Numbered from the stretch's first letter, positions 14,078 to 28,640 are shown. The stretch is DNA of 64,000 nucleotides from Camelus ferus (GCF_009834535.1 NC_045696.1:6946001-7010000); one strand, 5' to 3'. The notes: generated by a model not told the origin, from the letters alone. Program-made: numbers and translations.

Positions 14078-14289
14078 CAGGATTTCTCAACTTCACTACT
14101 GATGTTTCAGACTAGAGAATCTGATCGTTCTTTGTCGTAGAGGTTGTCCCGTATATATCAAATGTTTAACAGCACTCCTGGTGCTACCCACCAGAAGCAC
14201 CACCACCCCCATCTGTGACCATCAAAAGTGTCCCAAGACATTGCCCAATGTCCCCTGGGAATAAAATCGCACCTGGTTCATTACCACTG
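14078..14289. mobile_element. MER20 (hAT-Charlie MITE)
   Basis: caggatttctcaac...atgtttaacagcactcctgg...agacattgcccaatgtcccctggg...accactg. Flanks atctaaag / atcttgat resemble an 8-bp hAT TSD. Confidence 0.8.
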
Positions 14290-15202
14290 ATCTTGATTGT
14301 CAACAAAACAATAAACCAAGCCTTGATGGTTGTGTTTGACAACTTCCATGGTATAAATACTCCCACCTTGGCCAACTTTCAGCTATGAAAGTGCCTTCAT
14401 GAACACCGTTATGGAGTATTTCCACTGCACGGATACAACAGACCTAAACAACCTCAGGAACACAGACACAGTACAGTGAGTAAGAAAGTGATGAGTTTTT
14501 GAGTATTAACCACCTTTGTCTTGAATATAATTAATCTAATTGCAAGTTTACATAATTTAATTTTTAACAACGGCCATGTTGAACAATTAGCTCATAAACC
14601 TAAAATTTGGCAAAAGGCTCTCACAAGCCAGTAGAGGAAGCTCCAGCACAACGCTGCTCTGCCCCGTGAGAAGATGCGGCTGGGGTGTGACTCCCTGTGG
14701 TGCCTCTCAGCCTGCACCTCGGAGCAGCGCTTCTCCTTTATTTGCCTGACTTCCTTCTCCCCAGCTCTCCCCCCGGGTGGCGGCATGTCATGGAAGCACT
14801 CAGAGCACTAGAAGATCACGAGATGACCAAGCACACGCTCACCCTTGAAGACACAGCTAGCCAGCAGTCTGCCTGGAAACTCATTTTGGAAGGTCCCAGG
14901 GAAAAATAACAAATTCCATCAGAATTTTCTTCTGAACATCATACGCTAAAGTCTCCCTCTTCTCCTGATCCCCCGTCACCTGTCATGCTTCCCAGATGCT
15001 CGGCTAATGGTTCATTTGGGCCCGCTTTCTCAAGCTGCTATTTTGCAAGGAGAAAGTCCCTTGGCATCAATTGCTTCTGTGCTTGTTTCTGCGACATCTC
15101 TTGTGACAACAGACCCTCAACTTCAGTCACCATAGTCTTCGTAAAGAGATAGCAGTTGATTGTCCTTTTCCAGAGGTGGCATTTGACCTATGACACAACT
15201 TC

Positions 15203-15850
15203 ATTTTTTATTGAATTATCGTTGATGTACAACATTATATAAGTTACAGGTGTACAATATAGTGATTCAGAATTTCTAAAGGTTATACTCCATTTATAGT
15301 TATTATAAAATATTGGCTATATTCCCTATGTTATAAATATACCCTTATGGCTTATTTTATACATAATAGCTACTCCAATATTACCCCTCCCCCTTCCCTC
15401 TGCCCACTGGTAACTACTTGTCTGTTCTTTACATTGGTGAGGACACTTTTTTGTTGTTATATTCACTACATTGTTGTGTTTTTTAGATTTCACATATAAG
15501 TGATATTACATAGTATTTGTCTTTCTCTGACTTATTTCACTTAACATGATACCATCCAAGTCCATCCATGCTGTTGCAAATGGCAAATTTTCATTCTTTT
15601 TATGACTGAGTAGTATTCCACTGTATGCATATACCGCATCTCCTTTATCTATTCATCTGCTGATGGTTGCTTAGATCGCTTCCATGTCTTGGCAGTTGGA
15701 AATGGTCTGCTATGAGATGCATGGGATATATATGCTGGGATGCATGTAACTTTTTGAACTAGTGTTTTTGGTTTTTTCTGACAAATACCCAGGAGTGAAA
15801 TTGCTGGGTCATATGGTAGTTCTATTTTAGTTTTTTGAGAAACTTCCATG
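15203..15850 (-). mobile_element. Truncated L1 3' end
   Basis: tttttattgaattatcgttgatgtacaacattatataagttacagg...ttttagatttcacatataagtgata. A minus-strand ORF remnant [15 protein letters not shown] is L1 ORF2 C-terminus. Confidence 0.88.
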
Positions 15851-16636
15851 ATGAGGGTGCTGATTGTGTTCATCCCGCACACACCCTGCAGACCCCGTGT
15901 AGACAGCCTGGCTGGACAGCACAGGACAGGGGCAGGGGACCAGACTTCACATCTTTGATCATGCCCAACACCCTGGGCTCCACCATCCCCCCAAGTCACA
16001 CCCCAGTTCAGGGTGTGATGAACTGAGGGAGGAGTAGGGGCCTCTTAGTCCCTGCCAGTGGGTGGAGGTCTCAAGAGTGAGCCTGGCAAGGAGTTTAGTG
16101 ACACATGGAGCCACCTGCCCACCTGGCATACCTGAGCCTCGCAGAGCAGCCAGGGGGGCTGGGATAGGCTCTACGGCCCCTCTGGGATCAGCAGAAGCGC
16201 AGGATATAAGAAAGGCCCAGAGGATGTTTTCCTTGCGAATCACTCCCTGAACCTCCACCCTGGCTTTCAAGCCCTGGGGGTCAGGAGAAGGGGTCCGTAA
16301 GCCCCCTCCTGCAGGTAGCAGTGCCAGGCAGGGTTGGGGTAGCAGGCTCTGACCCTCGGGAAAGGCACACAACCAGGGGTGAGGTGATGGCCAGCCTTGT
16401 GTTCTCCCAGGAACTTTGGAAAATTCCTCTCTCATGATTCTGATCCATCAGTGGATGCCACTCATCAGTGGTTTTCGATGACTCGGGACTTCTCAGAAGC
16501 CCAGGGAACCACAGGGAGCACACGTCATTCAGAGCAGCCCTGTCCTCATCTGCCCGTTTCACTTCCTCTGTGCAGATTCTGGTGGAGGAAAGAATCCCCT
16601 GCTGAAATGAGTTGTGAACATCATTCTTCTCTGCTG

Positions 16637-16810
16637 CTGGTTCTCACCCCTGGCTGCCCGTTAGAAACAGCTGAGGAGTTTTGCAGACAGGTCCTGCCCA
16701 GGCCTCGCCCCAGAGACCAGTTTAATTGCTTTGGGGTGGGGCTTAGATGCTGGAATTTCTTAGAATCTCCCCAGGATCCTTAAGTGCAGGCAGGGACCAG
16801 GACCACAGCT
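16637..16810. mobile_element. MER5-like hAT-Charlie MITE
   Basis: tggttctcacccctggctgcccgttagaaacagctgaggag...tttaattgctttggggtgggg...ctccccaggatcctt. Confidence 0.65.
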
Positions 16811-17734
16811 GAGCAGCTCCAACCATAAGACGCAGCTAGATGGGGCCCCGAAGGACCCAAGCATGCATGGTTCTTTCCACACTTTCCCACAAGGGTGCCC
16901 AAGGCTGTGGTGGGGCACCACGCCGCATCTTAGTGACAAACCTTCTCAGCTCTTATCAGCAGGTGCATACAGCTGTGGGTGTGGCTGACACACAAGCGTG
17001 GATCTCACTGGGGTCCTTGTGGCCTCCCATTCAGGGCACACACCCGAGGGGCACGCTCTGCACCCAGCCAAGGGGCAGCGCCCAGAGCAGGAGCCTACTT
17101 CCTGCCCCACCCCCAAGGCTCAGGCCCAGCCCGGCCATCAGCCAAGGACTGGAGCCTCTGTGGCCAGCTTGGTCCTTAGATTTTTTAATTTCTAGTAACT
17201 TGGGCAGGAAGCTTCATGATCTGTTCCTTTGATGAGTTGCAGCCCATTGGCCAGGTGTCTGCCTCCACGCAGGGAGCCACTGGAAAGGTGGGGTTGGGTG
17301 GGCAACACACTTGGGGATGCTAAGTGCAGCAACGCCAGGACCACAAAGCTGAGAAGGACCCCCAGTAACTCAGGGAAGCCACACTGGATGGGCTTTGTAC
17401 TTTCACTGAAGCTCCCATCAGATACTCAGCTCTTTGCGTGGGGCCTCTGGGTGAGGGGGGATGCAGAGGGGAGGAGGGTCGCAGGGCTTCTTGCCATGGA
17501 CGGTGAGGTCTAGAAGATAGAGCTGGGTGCCTGCTCTGCCCCAGCTGCGGGCAGACCCTTTTCTAGAGCAAAGGGGAGTCTCCTTGAAAGAGTTCAACCT
17601 GTGGGTGTGTCCTGAGCACACCGCTGGGCTGTTTTATGGCCACTGTGGGGAACTGTATCAGACTCTGGGGGAAAAGTTCAGCAGTGAGCATGTGTAAATG
17701 TGCACACGAGCACACACACATCACACACGCACGT

Positions 17735-18240
17735 GCATAACAAACACCGCAGAACCTAGTGGCTTGAAACAGCGGGAAACACTATCTCCGGCGTTTATTC
17801 TGAGCCGGGAATGTGGGGGCTGGCTTGGCTGGGCAGGATAAGCTCAGGGTTGTTTTCGGTTCTATCTGGTGTTGGTGGGGTTGGTGTCGTCTCAAGGCTC
17901 AACTGGCTGGAGGGTCTGCTTCCCAGGGGCTCATGCATACACCTGGCAATTTGGTGCCGCTGTTGGTGAGAGGCACCAGTCCCTCCAGACGTGAGTGTCC
18001 CCGCAGGGCTGCATGAGCACCCTCACAGCGTGGCATCTGGCTCCCCTCAGGGAGAGCAATCTGGGACAGAGAGAGCCCGGCAACTGCTGTCCTTTTATGA
18101 CCCAATATGAGAAGATCTATTGCCACCTCTTCTGCCACATTCCGTTCATTAGAAGAGCATCACTAAGTCCAGCCCACATTCAAAAGGGGGGGGGGGGAAT
18201 TAGGATCCACCTTTTGAAGCGAGGATTGTCAATGAATTAG
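17735..18240 (-). mobile_element. MaLR LTR (MLT1H-like)
   Basis: gcataacaaacacc...tagtggcttgaaacag...ttctgccacattccgttcattagaagagcatcactaagtccagcccacattcaa. Confidence 0.75.
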
Positions 18241-18360
18241 AATGACGACATAAATGCCAGAAAGGAAAGAAATAGAGTGTTATAAGGAGAAGGCCAGAAA
18301 AGCAAATCACTTGGACGGGATGATTTGGGAACATTTTCAAAGGACAAGAAGCAGCCAACA

Positions 18361-18854
18361 CAGGCGCACCTTGGAGATACTGTGGGTTTGGTTCCAAACC
18401 AGCGCAGTAAAGCAAATATTTCAATAAAGTGAGCCACACAAATGTTTTGGTTTCTCAGTGCATATAAAAATCACATTTACACTTCGCTGTAGTCTATTAA
18501 ATGTGCCATATCATTATGTCTTTTTTTTAAAAAAAGGTAGAGACCTTAATTTAAAAAATAATTTATTGCAAAAAAAAAATACTGACCATCATCTGATCCT
18601 TCAAGGAGTCATGATCTTTTTGCAATGGTGACATAGAGACCACTGATCACAGACCATTATAACAAATATACGACTAATGACAAGGTTTGCAATACTGCAA
18701 GAATTACCAAATGTGGCAGAGATGCCCCAAGTGAGCAGCTACTGTTGGAAAAAAAGTGGTGCCGATTGACTTGCTCAGAGCAGGGTTGCCACAAACTTCC
18801 CATTCTTTAAAAAAACACAATACCTGCGAAGTGCAATGAAACAAGGTATGTCTT
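18361..18854 (-). mobile_element. Internally deleted Tigger1 derivative (Tigger1a-like, Tc1/mariner-pogo)
   Basis: Both Tigger1 termini are present: caggcgcaccttggagatactgtgggtttggttcc... and ...gcgaagtgcaatgaaacaaggtatgtctt followed by TA. Length is about 490 bp. Confidence 0.85.
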
Positions 18855-19589
18855 TAACGGGAAGAGCCGAGGGACGGGCACTCCAGGTAGACAGAGCTCA
18901 AGGGTCCTGCGGAGAGAAGGACCCTGGGGAGCGCTGGAATATCGCCGAGGCCAGGGGACCTGGGGCCGGGGAGCAAGGGTGAGCGCTGCTGGAACGCGGA
19001 TGGAGAGGCAGCATCTCACCTGACTTCCTGGGGGCACTGTTCCCTCTGACTTTATTTCCAGGCTCTCAAAGTTCCTGCCGCTTGGTGCAATCTCACCACT
19101 TGTCGCAAAGCGGCTCATTAGAGAGAAGTGAAAGGAGGGCGAGGGCACCAGGAGAGGTCAAGGGCATTGAGGACAAGACACAGGCGCTAGCAACAAGCTT
19201 GCTTAGAGGCGGCAGAGAGGAGCAAAGGGAGGCGAGCTACGGGCTGAGGGGTGTGACTAGAAACAAGTCAGCTCTCCAAGGCCACTGGCCCCACCTGACC
19301 TGAGGCAGCAGGAAGCTGAACTGAGAGACAGGCTCCTCCCCAGCCTGGAGCGTGGACAGCCCATCACTGGGCTGAGGGTCAGACGGGGCCAGGAGGCAGT
19401 GAAGAAGAAGGCTCAGACAGGGGTTCGGCTCTTGCCAACCCCCAGTTAGAGGCCAGGTGACCTCTAAGCCTCAATTTCCTCACCTATAAAATCTCTAACA
19501 CTTAACCTCCTACATCTGTAAAATCCCTTACTTGCCTCAAACGTGCTTGAGCCGTTCCTCTGGCTCATGAGATCTGCCTGGTAAATACT

Positions 19590-19737
19590 CAGGGGTTTCG
19601 TGAACTGGCTATGAAGCTGCTGCTAAGCCTGCAGTCAGCAGTGCCGAGAGCACTTCCACCACAGAAACCGGCAAGCGCTACCCATCAGGGCTTCTCTCCA
19701 CCCCCCTCGGCAGAGTCGGTTTAGCTGCCTGCCACTG
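19590..19737. mobile_element. Short Arthur1-like hAT fragment
   Basis: ccaccacagaaaccggcaagcgctacccatcagggctt...agagtcggttta...ccactg. Confidence 0.5.
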
Positions 19738-21151
19738 TGCACACTCTTGTTTCAAGAACTGAAGAAGGAGGTAGTATTTACAGCACCTGGCGCATGGGTA
19801 CTTCTCCCACAACAGCTGCAGGGGTACGGGATCAAAGCCTGATCTCATCCCAGTCCCCAGGATTCTGAAGCCTCCTTGCTGTTGCTGTTTTAAGCGGGAG
19901 TCATCTTCCAGGGAAACGTTTTGCGATAGAATTGGACGTCAGGTCAGGCCACCTGGGCTCAAGCCCGCCAGCTGCCAGATGTGAGACTTCACACAAGCCA
20001 AGGTCATTTTTCTCTTTTTATAACATGGAGTGATTGGTTTGACAAGAAGGGAGATTATCGTGCTGTAATCGAGCACTCAGGGTGGGCTAGACATTCCCCT
20101 TGGGCGCGTTACACTAGTTATGGCCACAAAACAGGGCAGAAGTGGCAGGTGCCAGTAGGCTGTCCTCCCTAGCAGAGGACAAAGAAAGATGTCAGTGCAG
20201 CTGCAAGGACTGGAGCCCCCCACCGCAGACTGAGCCTCTGTTGCCTTGTGCATCAGCCGTCGTCTCCCAGGACCCCAAGGCAGCCCTGCTCCCAGGACAC
20301 ACTCTCCAAGAGCAGGGTCTGCGAACTGCACGTCCTTTCAAGGGATCATCTCATGCTCCCTTGTTTACAACAAGGCAATAGCCAGGCCTTTCATTTCTGA
20401 CATGGAATGAACGGTTATCTGTCACGTTGTTTATTTCCCCGAGTCAGTTTGCCTACTTCTGCTCACCTTTAATGATGCTCTGCCCAGGTCATAAAGGAGG
20501 CCAGCAGGCTCTGAGCTGAGAGCTGGGAGCCTGACAAACACATCTCACTCCATCCTCACAGTCTCCAGAGCTGTGCCGCCAGCCCCGTTCCCAAACAAGG
20601 GAGCTGGAAGCCATGCATCCAACCAGGGAACCCGAAAGAGCTCCCACTCGAAAGCACCTCAATGCAACCAGCTCCACTGGCTATTTACTTTCCTTCTCAG
20701 TCTCTACCAAGTGGCCGTTCAGAGCCACTCAGTAGACTTCAGACAGTCCATGCCTCCTGCAGGCTGTGTTCACCTGACACAGAAGTCCCTAGAAGTTGAT
20801 GGCTCCACCAAGGGCCGACAGGTGCAGTGCGAGAAGGGCTGGAGGGAACCACTCAGCTCTCAGGCCTGCGCCACGTCCTCTCTGTCCCTGTCACTGTGAA
20901 GTCAGGCCCCTGGGGAGCACCCACCTCACCCTGACATGGCTTCTCCTGCTATGACCAGGAACTCAAGGTGGCTGGGCTGCCTTTCTGGTCCAAGGCTAAT
21001 AGAGAGGCCCCTGCAGTTCTCACAGTTATGAACATCTAAACCTTCTAAACCACGGGCAGCTGGGGAGCAAAGTGCACGCAGTGTCTCTCTAAAGCCAGTG
21101 TGTGTGTTTTCAAGAAAATCTTGTCTCTCTCTGCTTTCTCTTCCGGTTTGC

Positions 21152-21182
<31 letters not shown>

Positions 21183-22443
21183 CTTTCAACTACAGATGAA
21201 AAGCTCTCAGGTAGGTAGCATTTGAAGATTTGCAGGACTTAGATAACAAAGAAAAAATTCTCAGAAAAGAGCTTTCTATCCCTGGGGCTCTGCTTTTCCG
21301 TGCCTTCTTTGAGGGCCTTTGCATGTGTATTTATGTATTTTTTTTTTATTTTCATCATGCTATTGAACATGGATCTCTCAGAAATAAGGAACCAGGGACT
21401 GTAAAAGTCAGCCAAGTTCCTTTTGATACTATTCCTTCTTTATCGTAATCTCTGTCCCTTCCATGGCATTAAAAAATTCTATTCATCTTGACATTCAACC
21501 AGCTAAGCCAGTTATGAACTTCTTTCCTTAGATTTACATTCGGGTCTTTGAAGAATTAAGACTCATCTCTCAGGGAGACCTGCAGCCTATATGTCTCAGT
21601 GGTGAACACACCTTAGAATTGGCTGGGTTTGTCACTTGGCTACTTGCTGAGAAGCATCAGTCCCCCAGGAACATTTGAAGCCCTGAGATACCTCAACTGC
21701 TTCCACCCCAACAGCCCCACTGCTCACACATGCCCATGCGCGCCAGTCCTGTGGCTGGCAACCCTGCAGCCTCCAGCACTGAGACTGGCTAAAGCCCCAG
21801 GGACAACCCCGGAAGGGCAATCAACCAGCCCCAATCCTGAAGGAAGGAATCCAAGCCTCTCCTCCACCATCGCAAACATCTAAGCCAGAAATGTACCGAA
21901 ATGTACCACAATTAGGGGTAAGGCACATCCCACCAGGGTGTCCCACACTGTGTCCTGTGACGCCTGGTGTGCACAGCCCTTTCATGTGCAGCAGCAATGG
22001 CACCTCACACAACCCACTGTACAGATGAGTACACCAAGGTGTGTGATGACATCAAGTCCTGGTCCTGTCTGCTTACATCACAGTTTTAAAACAGATAAGC
22101 TAGAACCACGGGAGATAAAGACACAGTGTGTTTCTTCTTTCACTTCACATTTTCATTTATTTATTCAACAAAGTGACATTTCTGGGTGCTTACAAATGGC
22201 AGAGCATTGGAAAGACACATCCATCCAAACCACAGGCTTCAAGCTATCATGACAAGTTCTGTGCTCTGCTCACAAACTAGGGTGGTAGAATATCCCTGAT
22301 TAAAGGCCTCCTACTCATTCAGCATTCTCATGGTTTCTTAAAAAGGCAGTTTCATTTTGCTCAAGCAAGTGGCACTAGAGAGTTGGAATGTTCTGTCTTG
22401 TTGAGATCCCAGAAGACCTCCTTGCAGGGAAGACTCCTTATCC

Positions 22444-22635
<192 letters not shown>

Positions 22636-25600
22636 AATCCCCGACACATCTTTGTTTATTTAATTGTATGAGGAAGAAGTACTTAGGAAGGAAAACCACC
22701 AGGAACACATCCTTAGTAACTGCCAGGCATGGGCCTTCTTCCCCCAGAGATTCTCTTCCACCAGTAACGTTTGTATCACAAGCCAAACTCAGAGGGTGAG
22801 CTTATAGATGACATCCGTGTTTAATTCTCTGCTGGTTGCAGTATCTTAGGTATGATCTGGGCCCCAGGCATTTTCAAACCTTTATGACAGGCATGCCACC
22901 TTGGATCTCAGAGCCCACAAGGGAGCCACTCTATGCTCTGAAGTCATCTAGTATGTGCTCGAGGGTCCAGCCCTGTTCCCAATGGAATAAAACTAGCCAA
23001 GGAAGTCGAGAGCGTCGCACAGGAGTGAAGGCAGTGGCATCGGATGCCTCAGAGGACAAGGAGAGTGAGGACTCAGACCAGACCCCTGCTATGACAATCC
23101 AGGGGGTGCTGGCGATGCTTTCAAGGGTAGTCTCCTATCGGCAAAGGCTCCCCTATAAAACACATCACAGTGAGCATCCCCTTGTTCTGCAGGTAACAGA
23201 TGTTTCAAATGATGACAAGAAATAGGAGAAAGTAGAATAGAGGGCCCTCTGAAATGCATTCGTCCTCAACATTGTCCCAATAGGTCTTCCCCTGCTTCCT
23301 CTCTCGAGTCCCCTTTTAGTACCAGGAGGGGAGCCTGGCTGAGAACTTCCTGTTTCCCCCCCCCGGTTACAGGGCAGACCACTGTCCATCTCTCCAGACA
23401 CAGCCCTCTGTGTCTCCCTTGCTTATGAAACTGGGACACATCCTCGCTGTGTGAACAGAACACTGCGGCCCTTTGCAGTTGACGCAAAGGTGAAGTGAAG
23501 TTTCTCACTTGGTAGCCTCTCTTCCATCAGAAACCTGTGGTTCCCAAGAAAACACAGACGTGGCCTTACTGTTCTGATTACCGGGCACTAAGGAACATCT
23601 GCGATCACGGCTGTCACCCAGGCTGGGAAATGCCGTCTGGGGTCCTAACTGTTCAGTCTGGTTGTCTGAGACGTTCAGAGAGTCGTGCGTCCATGTTTGT
23701 GCACCGGGAAGCCCCACGGGTCTGCAGAGGCGCAGGCACCCCCCTCGCCCCAGCAGCACACGGCGCAGCATCTGCCACGCACTCGGGTGCGTCTGCCCGG
23801 AACCTTCCCTGCCACCGTCACGCACACTCAGCGCTCCGCCCAGCTCGGGGACTGCCTCTGCCTGCTCCCCGCCCCCCGGCCCACGCTGCCCTCGTCCACT
23901 TCTGACTCCTGGAAACCTTTGTTTTCGCTTCCACTTTGGAAGTTTAATATGTACCACTTTGGCTCTTTCTTGCATTCTGAACTCGAGTATTAAATTCCTT
24001 CCCAGGCAAAGGCAAAAACATTTTCCTAGAATGTCCCCAGCTCCCCACAGCACACAGAACCCTAAAATCACAGGTTAAGCTCTGCACCTTCTAGACCGAC
24101 CTGGCCCATTGTGCAGACTCCCGGCCCACTGGTGAATGCGGCTTCTGGAGGAAACCTGTTAGGCTGCCTGGGGTCACGGGGTTTGTTTAAAGACGCCACC
24201 TGGCCAGGTTTCCTGGGAACTGGAGCCTCATTTGTTTCCAGGATTTATCCGCGCCTTTGGGTTCTGGTGGCTCCAGTGACCCAGGAGCAGCATGTCTGCC
24301 ACGCGGGGACCCAGCATCTCCACTGAGGCTCTGCTGCTTGCCCCTGGGCTTGCTCTCCCCCTCCCCCTCCCCTCACACCCCCTCCCAGCCCTCCCACCCG
24401 CAGAGCTTCCTCTTGTCGCCTTCACTCTGCGACCCTCTTAGCTTCTGCGGCCACCCGGGACTTCCCCACCAGCTCACAGTCAGCCTTCCAGGGAGAGAAG
24501 ACTGCGTGACTGGCCACCATCCAGGACCGTCATCTCCTATTGGGCAGAGCTCCCTGTCGGGTCATCCACTGGCGGGTGGTCAGCCTAGAGCAGCCACCCT
24601 TTTTGGTCAGGTGTCTATCTCTGGTCCGATCAGCTGTCAACAGAGTAGCAAGGCCTCATGGGATGAATTAGGGCATCTTATCTGGAAAAATCCCTGTGAA
24701 GGAGGCAGGCTCTGATGTCCAGGGTCTCTTGAGGACACAGAGCAGCCTGCCCTGCGGTGCAGCGCCTTCCTGCGTCCCGCGTGGGGAATGGCCGATCCCT
24801 GAGGCTCCTGGAGGGCCCTTCTTTCAGCAACGTTGCTTTCAGTGGCCGCTGAAGGCTGAATTGAACGTGCCGAGGAACAGGGTTACTGTGTGTTGTAGCT
24901 GCCTTTCCACCGCTACCCGGTCTCCAGCTGTGCTAGCACACTCTTCTGAACCTGATGCTTTCTGTTCTCACAATGGAAATGTCTTCCTTCTTTTTCTCCT
25001 TCCTTCCTTCCTTCCTTCCTTTACCAAGAATGCACTGAGGAATGACCAATATCAAGTATTGTGTTAGGGCCCAAGGGTACAGAAATTTAGAAAAAAAAAC
25101 ACACTGTTCCTGTCTTTAAAGACCTCATAACAGCAAAAGAGCTTACAGCGCTTTGGTTTGTAATGTGGTCATCATTTGTCCTCATCATTCTTCCTTCTGG
25201 TGAGGAGTCGAAAGTGTTTTAAAAGGTGCCACAATCACACTTTTAAACTCAGTAAACAGCACCTAAATCTCTTGTAGTCGGGACCCTTCTGTGACACCTT
25301 AAACATCACATTTAAAGGGGACCCCAGCCTCTGGGAGTTGAAGTGTCCCTGGACAGCTGGATTCCTACCTTATAATCCCCCCGTCCACTGGATCTGCTAA
25401 GCAGAGAAGGATCTCACACTTCTCACTCCAAACACAGGAGTGCCCAGCCTTGCACTTCTCTCCCAGAGGGCTCTAACGTGTAGGTGTGACAAGAGGCACG
25501 TCACCAGCATAGTAAGTGTCCCACTTCCTCCCGCTCTCCCTGCGCCCAGCAGTACCACCGGGAGAGGTGGGGGCGAGGCCAAGCTCCTCAGCAGTTCAGC

Positions 25601-28081
25601 AGGTGGCACCCTCCGCATCTTCCTGATAAAGTGCCCGGCACCCAGGACTCACACTACAGCCGCATCGTGAATTATTTTAGGTATGAAGAATTCCAAGGGG
25701 ATGCTGGACATTTAGCCAAGTCTCGTGGGACTGAAGGCCAGTGCTACCACATTCTCTCTGTGCATCCGGCTTTCTCCGCTGTTTCTCGGACTTGCTGAAG
25801 CAGTTCCCTCCAAAAAGACCTTCCTTGCCCTCAGAGGTGTTCTCTCCTCGACTTTAGTGGCTTCTTCAACAGAACATCATGAAACCTCAACACAAGCAGG
25901 GTTCTCTTATCTCTGAGGCTTTGTTGTTAATTTCATTAATTTTGTTAACCCTAGACCCGTACCAAGGGCTTCTGCATGTGTGTAGCAAGATCGCGGCTTC
26001 AGGCAACTTCCAGTTCTCACCCCGTTGTAGTTTTTAATAAAACTGTTGCATAAATGTAGGCTTCTGTGTTCTGCTACCAATAAAACAGGACACTTTTTTC
26101 AAATATGGCGATTCAAATGTTTTATCCCACAGATAAAGGTTCAGGTCTGGGACTTTTTAATGCACACGTTACCTCTCCTAAGGAAACGCCCTACTGCTGA
26201 TCAGCCCCCACTGGTTTGGATCTCCCTCGGCAACAGCACGAGGGATTGTTTTCCTTTGACATCATCGTGCACTCTGGCACTTAGGCTCCAAAGGCAGTCG
26301 TTTGCCCTGCATCCCAAGCTGCCTCAACAGATTAAGTCCTTGCAGCAAGCAAGAGGACTTGTTCAACACCATTTTTCAAACTCCAACGTCTTTTCGAGTC
26401 CATCCTTCAGCTAATCAAGTATAAGTTGCTTAGGATCATGACCCAGAAACATAACTTTCCCAGTTTCTTGCAGGGCGCTGAGCTGACACATGAAGCCCGC
26501 CTTTACACTGGAGTCTAAATCCTCTCGGAAGGTGGCCAGGACAGCCCTGACATCTCTACTTTGGCTCCACAGCACAGAGAGTTGCAGCCAGGTTCCAGGC
26601 ATGCGTGCTATAAAAATTTCATCTCACACCGCCGAGCGATAAATCAAGCGCATGTGTGTTTACTAAGCAGCTCCTGCGGGGACCCAGCACGGTGCCGCTT
26701 TCTGTCCACAAGCAGAGGATGTTTGTGCACGTTCTGTTGGAGGGAGCCCAGCCTTACCCAACACACTCCTTCTCTGCTCAACTCTTTCCCAAGCAAAGCG
26801 GCTCCTGGCACAAAGCCAGGTTCCTTGAAGTGATGCCAATGCCTGCGCCCCAGCCCCCACCTCTCCCTGTGACCAGCTAGTTGACACACCTGCTGTTTGT
26901 GACCCAGCCCACCTCCTGCCTCCCACCTCAACTACCCGTGCTGCAGCGCAAAATCTAGAAATACAGAAATTAAGCTATGTGTTTCTAGAAGGAGTGACTC
27001 CCATCCGAAAGTGTGTCTCTCGGTGTGCAGGGGTGTGAGATATACATAATCGGAGGGTTCAGCATCCATGGCCTGCAAAGGTCACCTCGGCATCTGTCGT
27101 GTTCAGGCCTCTTCCACAGTTTTATGCCTGAACCTTTCCCTTGTCGCTGTAGCTTCATGGGACTCCCAGGTTTCAGGTCAATGAAAGCCCAGTGGGGGCC
27201 ACTCAGACCCACTGGTTTGTCCTTTGTACCACAAAGCCAAATACGAATTTGAGAAAAGTGAACAAAAAATAAATTAAACTGCAAGTTCCTGGAGCAGCTG
27301 TCGAACTTCAGCCTAGCGTGTCAGGACTTCACAGACAGTCGGAGAAGCAGAAGGCCGTGTCTAACAGTGAGAGAGACTAGAGCTTTGAACATGTCTGCTG
27401 AGACCCAACTCTCTTGATTCTGAATTCTTCCATTTTCTGTTACCAGGACACTCATTTGTTATATTCTCTCCAACATAAAGCCAAGCTCTGAGAAAACCGG
27501 AAACACTGTTGAGATTTCTCAAGATGGACCCCTGGCATCCATCTCTGAAAAGGCTTCTCTCCTCCTGTCCTTGAAGCCATGAAGCCTGATCCCCACCTTC
27601 CCACCCACCACTCCCATCCTGTCCAAAATGCAGCTGAAAACCTAGCTCCCTTGTGAGCTTGCTCTGACAAGTACAATTCTGCATCAGTTAACATATTCTT
27701 GTAGAAAAATGTCGATTAGCATAACAGCTATGAATCCACTCACAACCCTCAGGTGGAAGACACGTCACAACCCCAGATTTCCCTGGTTCTGAGCAGCTGC
27801 TGCCCAGGGGAGGGAGGGGGGCCATCCTGCCTCTGCGGTTCTTATGGGAAACCACCTCTCCCTGGGGGGGAGCTCAGGCAGTTTACACAGTCCACAGACC
27901 ACGTGGAGGGGTTCCCAGTCCTGGTCTGAGCTGTCGTCCGGTCATCTGCACAATCCATTCGAATGAATGAGACCTTGTGAGTGTGGCGTTCACTCCGCTA
28001 CATCCAGTGAAGCCCCAGACCTTCTCTGCCTCCCGCAGGCTCAGTGCCGTGGCTTAGTCTCTAGGCAACCCCATGTCTCCC

Positions 28082-28283
28082 TGTGTTCGTTTCCAAATGC
28101 TGCTGTAACAAACTGCCACACCCTTGGTGGCTCAAACAACACAAATTTATTACCTGACAGTTCTGCTAGAAGTCTGACACAGGTCCCACAGGGCGAAAAA
28201 TCAAGTTTTCAGCAGGTCTGCATCCGTTCTGTGGGTTCTAGGGGGAAATCCATGTCCTTGACTTGTCCATCTTCTAAAAGGCT
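28082..28283 (-). mobile_element. Truncated MaLR LTR (MLT1D/C-like)
   Basis: tgtgttcgtttccaaatgctgctgtaacaaactgccaca...aacaacacaaatttattacctgacagttctg...ttctagggggaaatccatgtccttg. Similarity stops abruptly at ~28283. Confidence 0.75.
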
Positions 28284-28351
28284 AAAAGCACCTTGAATAA
28301 GAGACAGGTGCACACGGCCACTAGGCCAGCAGTGGGGACCCCGGTACTCTG

Positions 28352-28640
28352 GTGTGTTAGTCAGCTCAGGCTGCTACACCACGATACCAGGGTGAAAGGC
28401 TTCAGCAACAGACAGAAGAGCCTGAGAGTCCTAGATCAAGGTGCTGGTGAATTCAGTTCCTGGTGGGGACTCTCCTTGGGGTTTGCAGACGGCCTCCTTC
28501 TTGCTCTATGGTATCCTCTAAGCTAGAGACAGAGAGAGTGCTCTCCGGGGTTTCTTACCACAAGGCACTAATTCCATTAAAGGGCTCCACCCTCATGAGC
28601 TAATTACCTCCCCAAGAAGCCACCTCCAAATACCATCACT
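28352..28640 (-). mobile_element. MaLR LTR (MLT1A-like), partial
   Basis: tgtgttagtcagctcaggctgct...agatcaaggtgctgg...agggctccaccctcatgagctaattacctccc...ccacctccaaataccatcac. Confidence 0.75.

Larger units (their letters stand above)
13571..14656. mobile_element. hAT-Tip100 DNA transposon fossil (Arthur1-like) containing a (CA)n tract and a nested MER20
   Basis: Imperfect TIRs caatggtatgctgg / ccagcacaacgctg. Internal ttccatggtataaatactcccaccttggcc and gtgatgagtttttgagtatt segments match Arthur1 as recalled. Confidence 0.7.

Noticed and set aside
23505..24078. CpG-rich patch with overlapping ORFs as a hidden exon or CpG-island promoter
   Set aside because: The CpG-rich core is short (~300 bp), has no protein similarity I recognise, and has no convincing splice pair.
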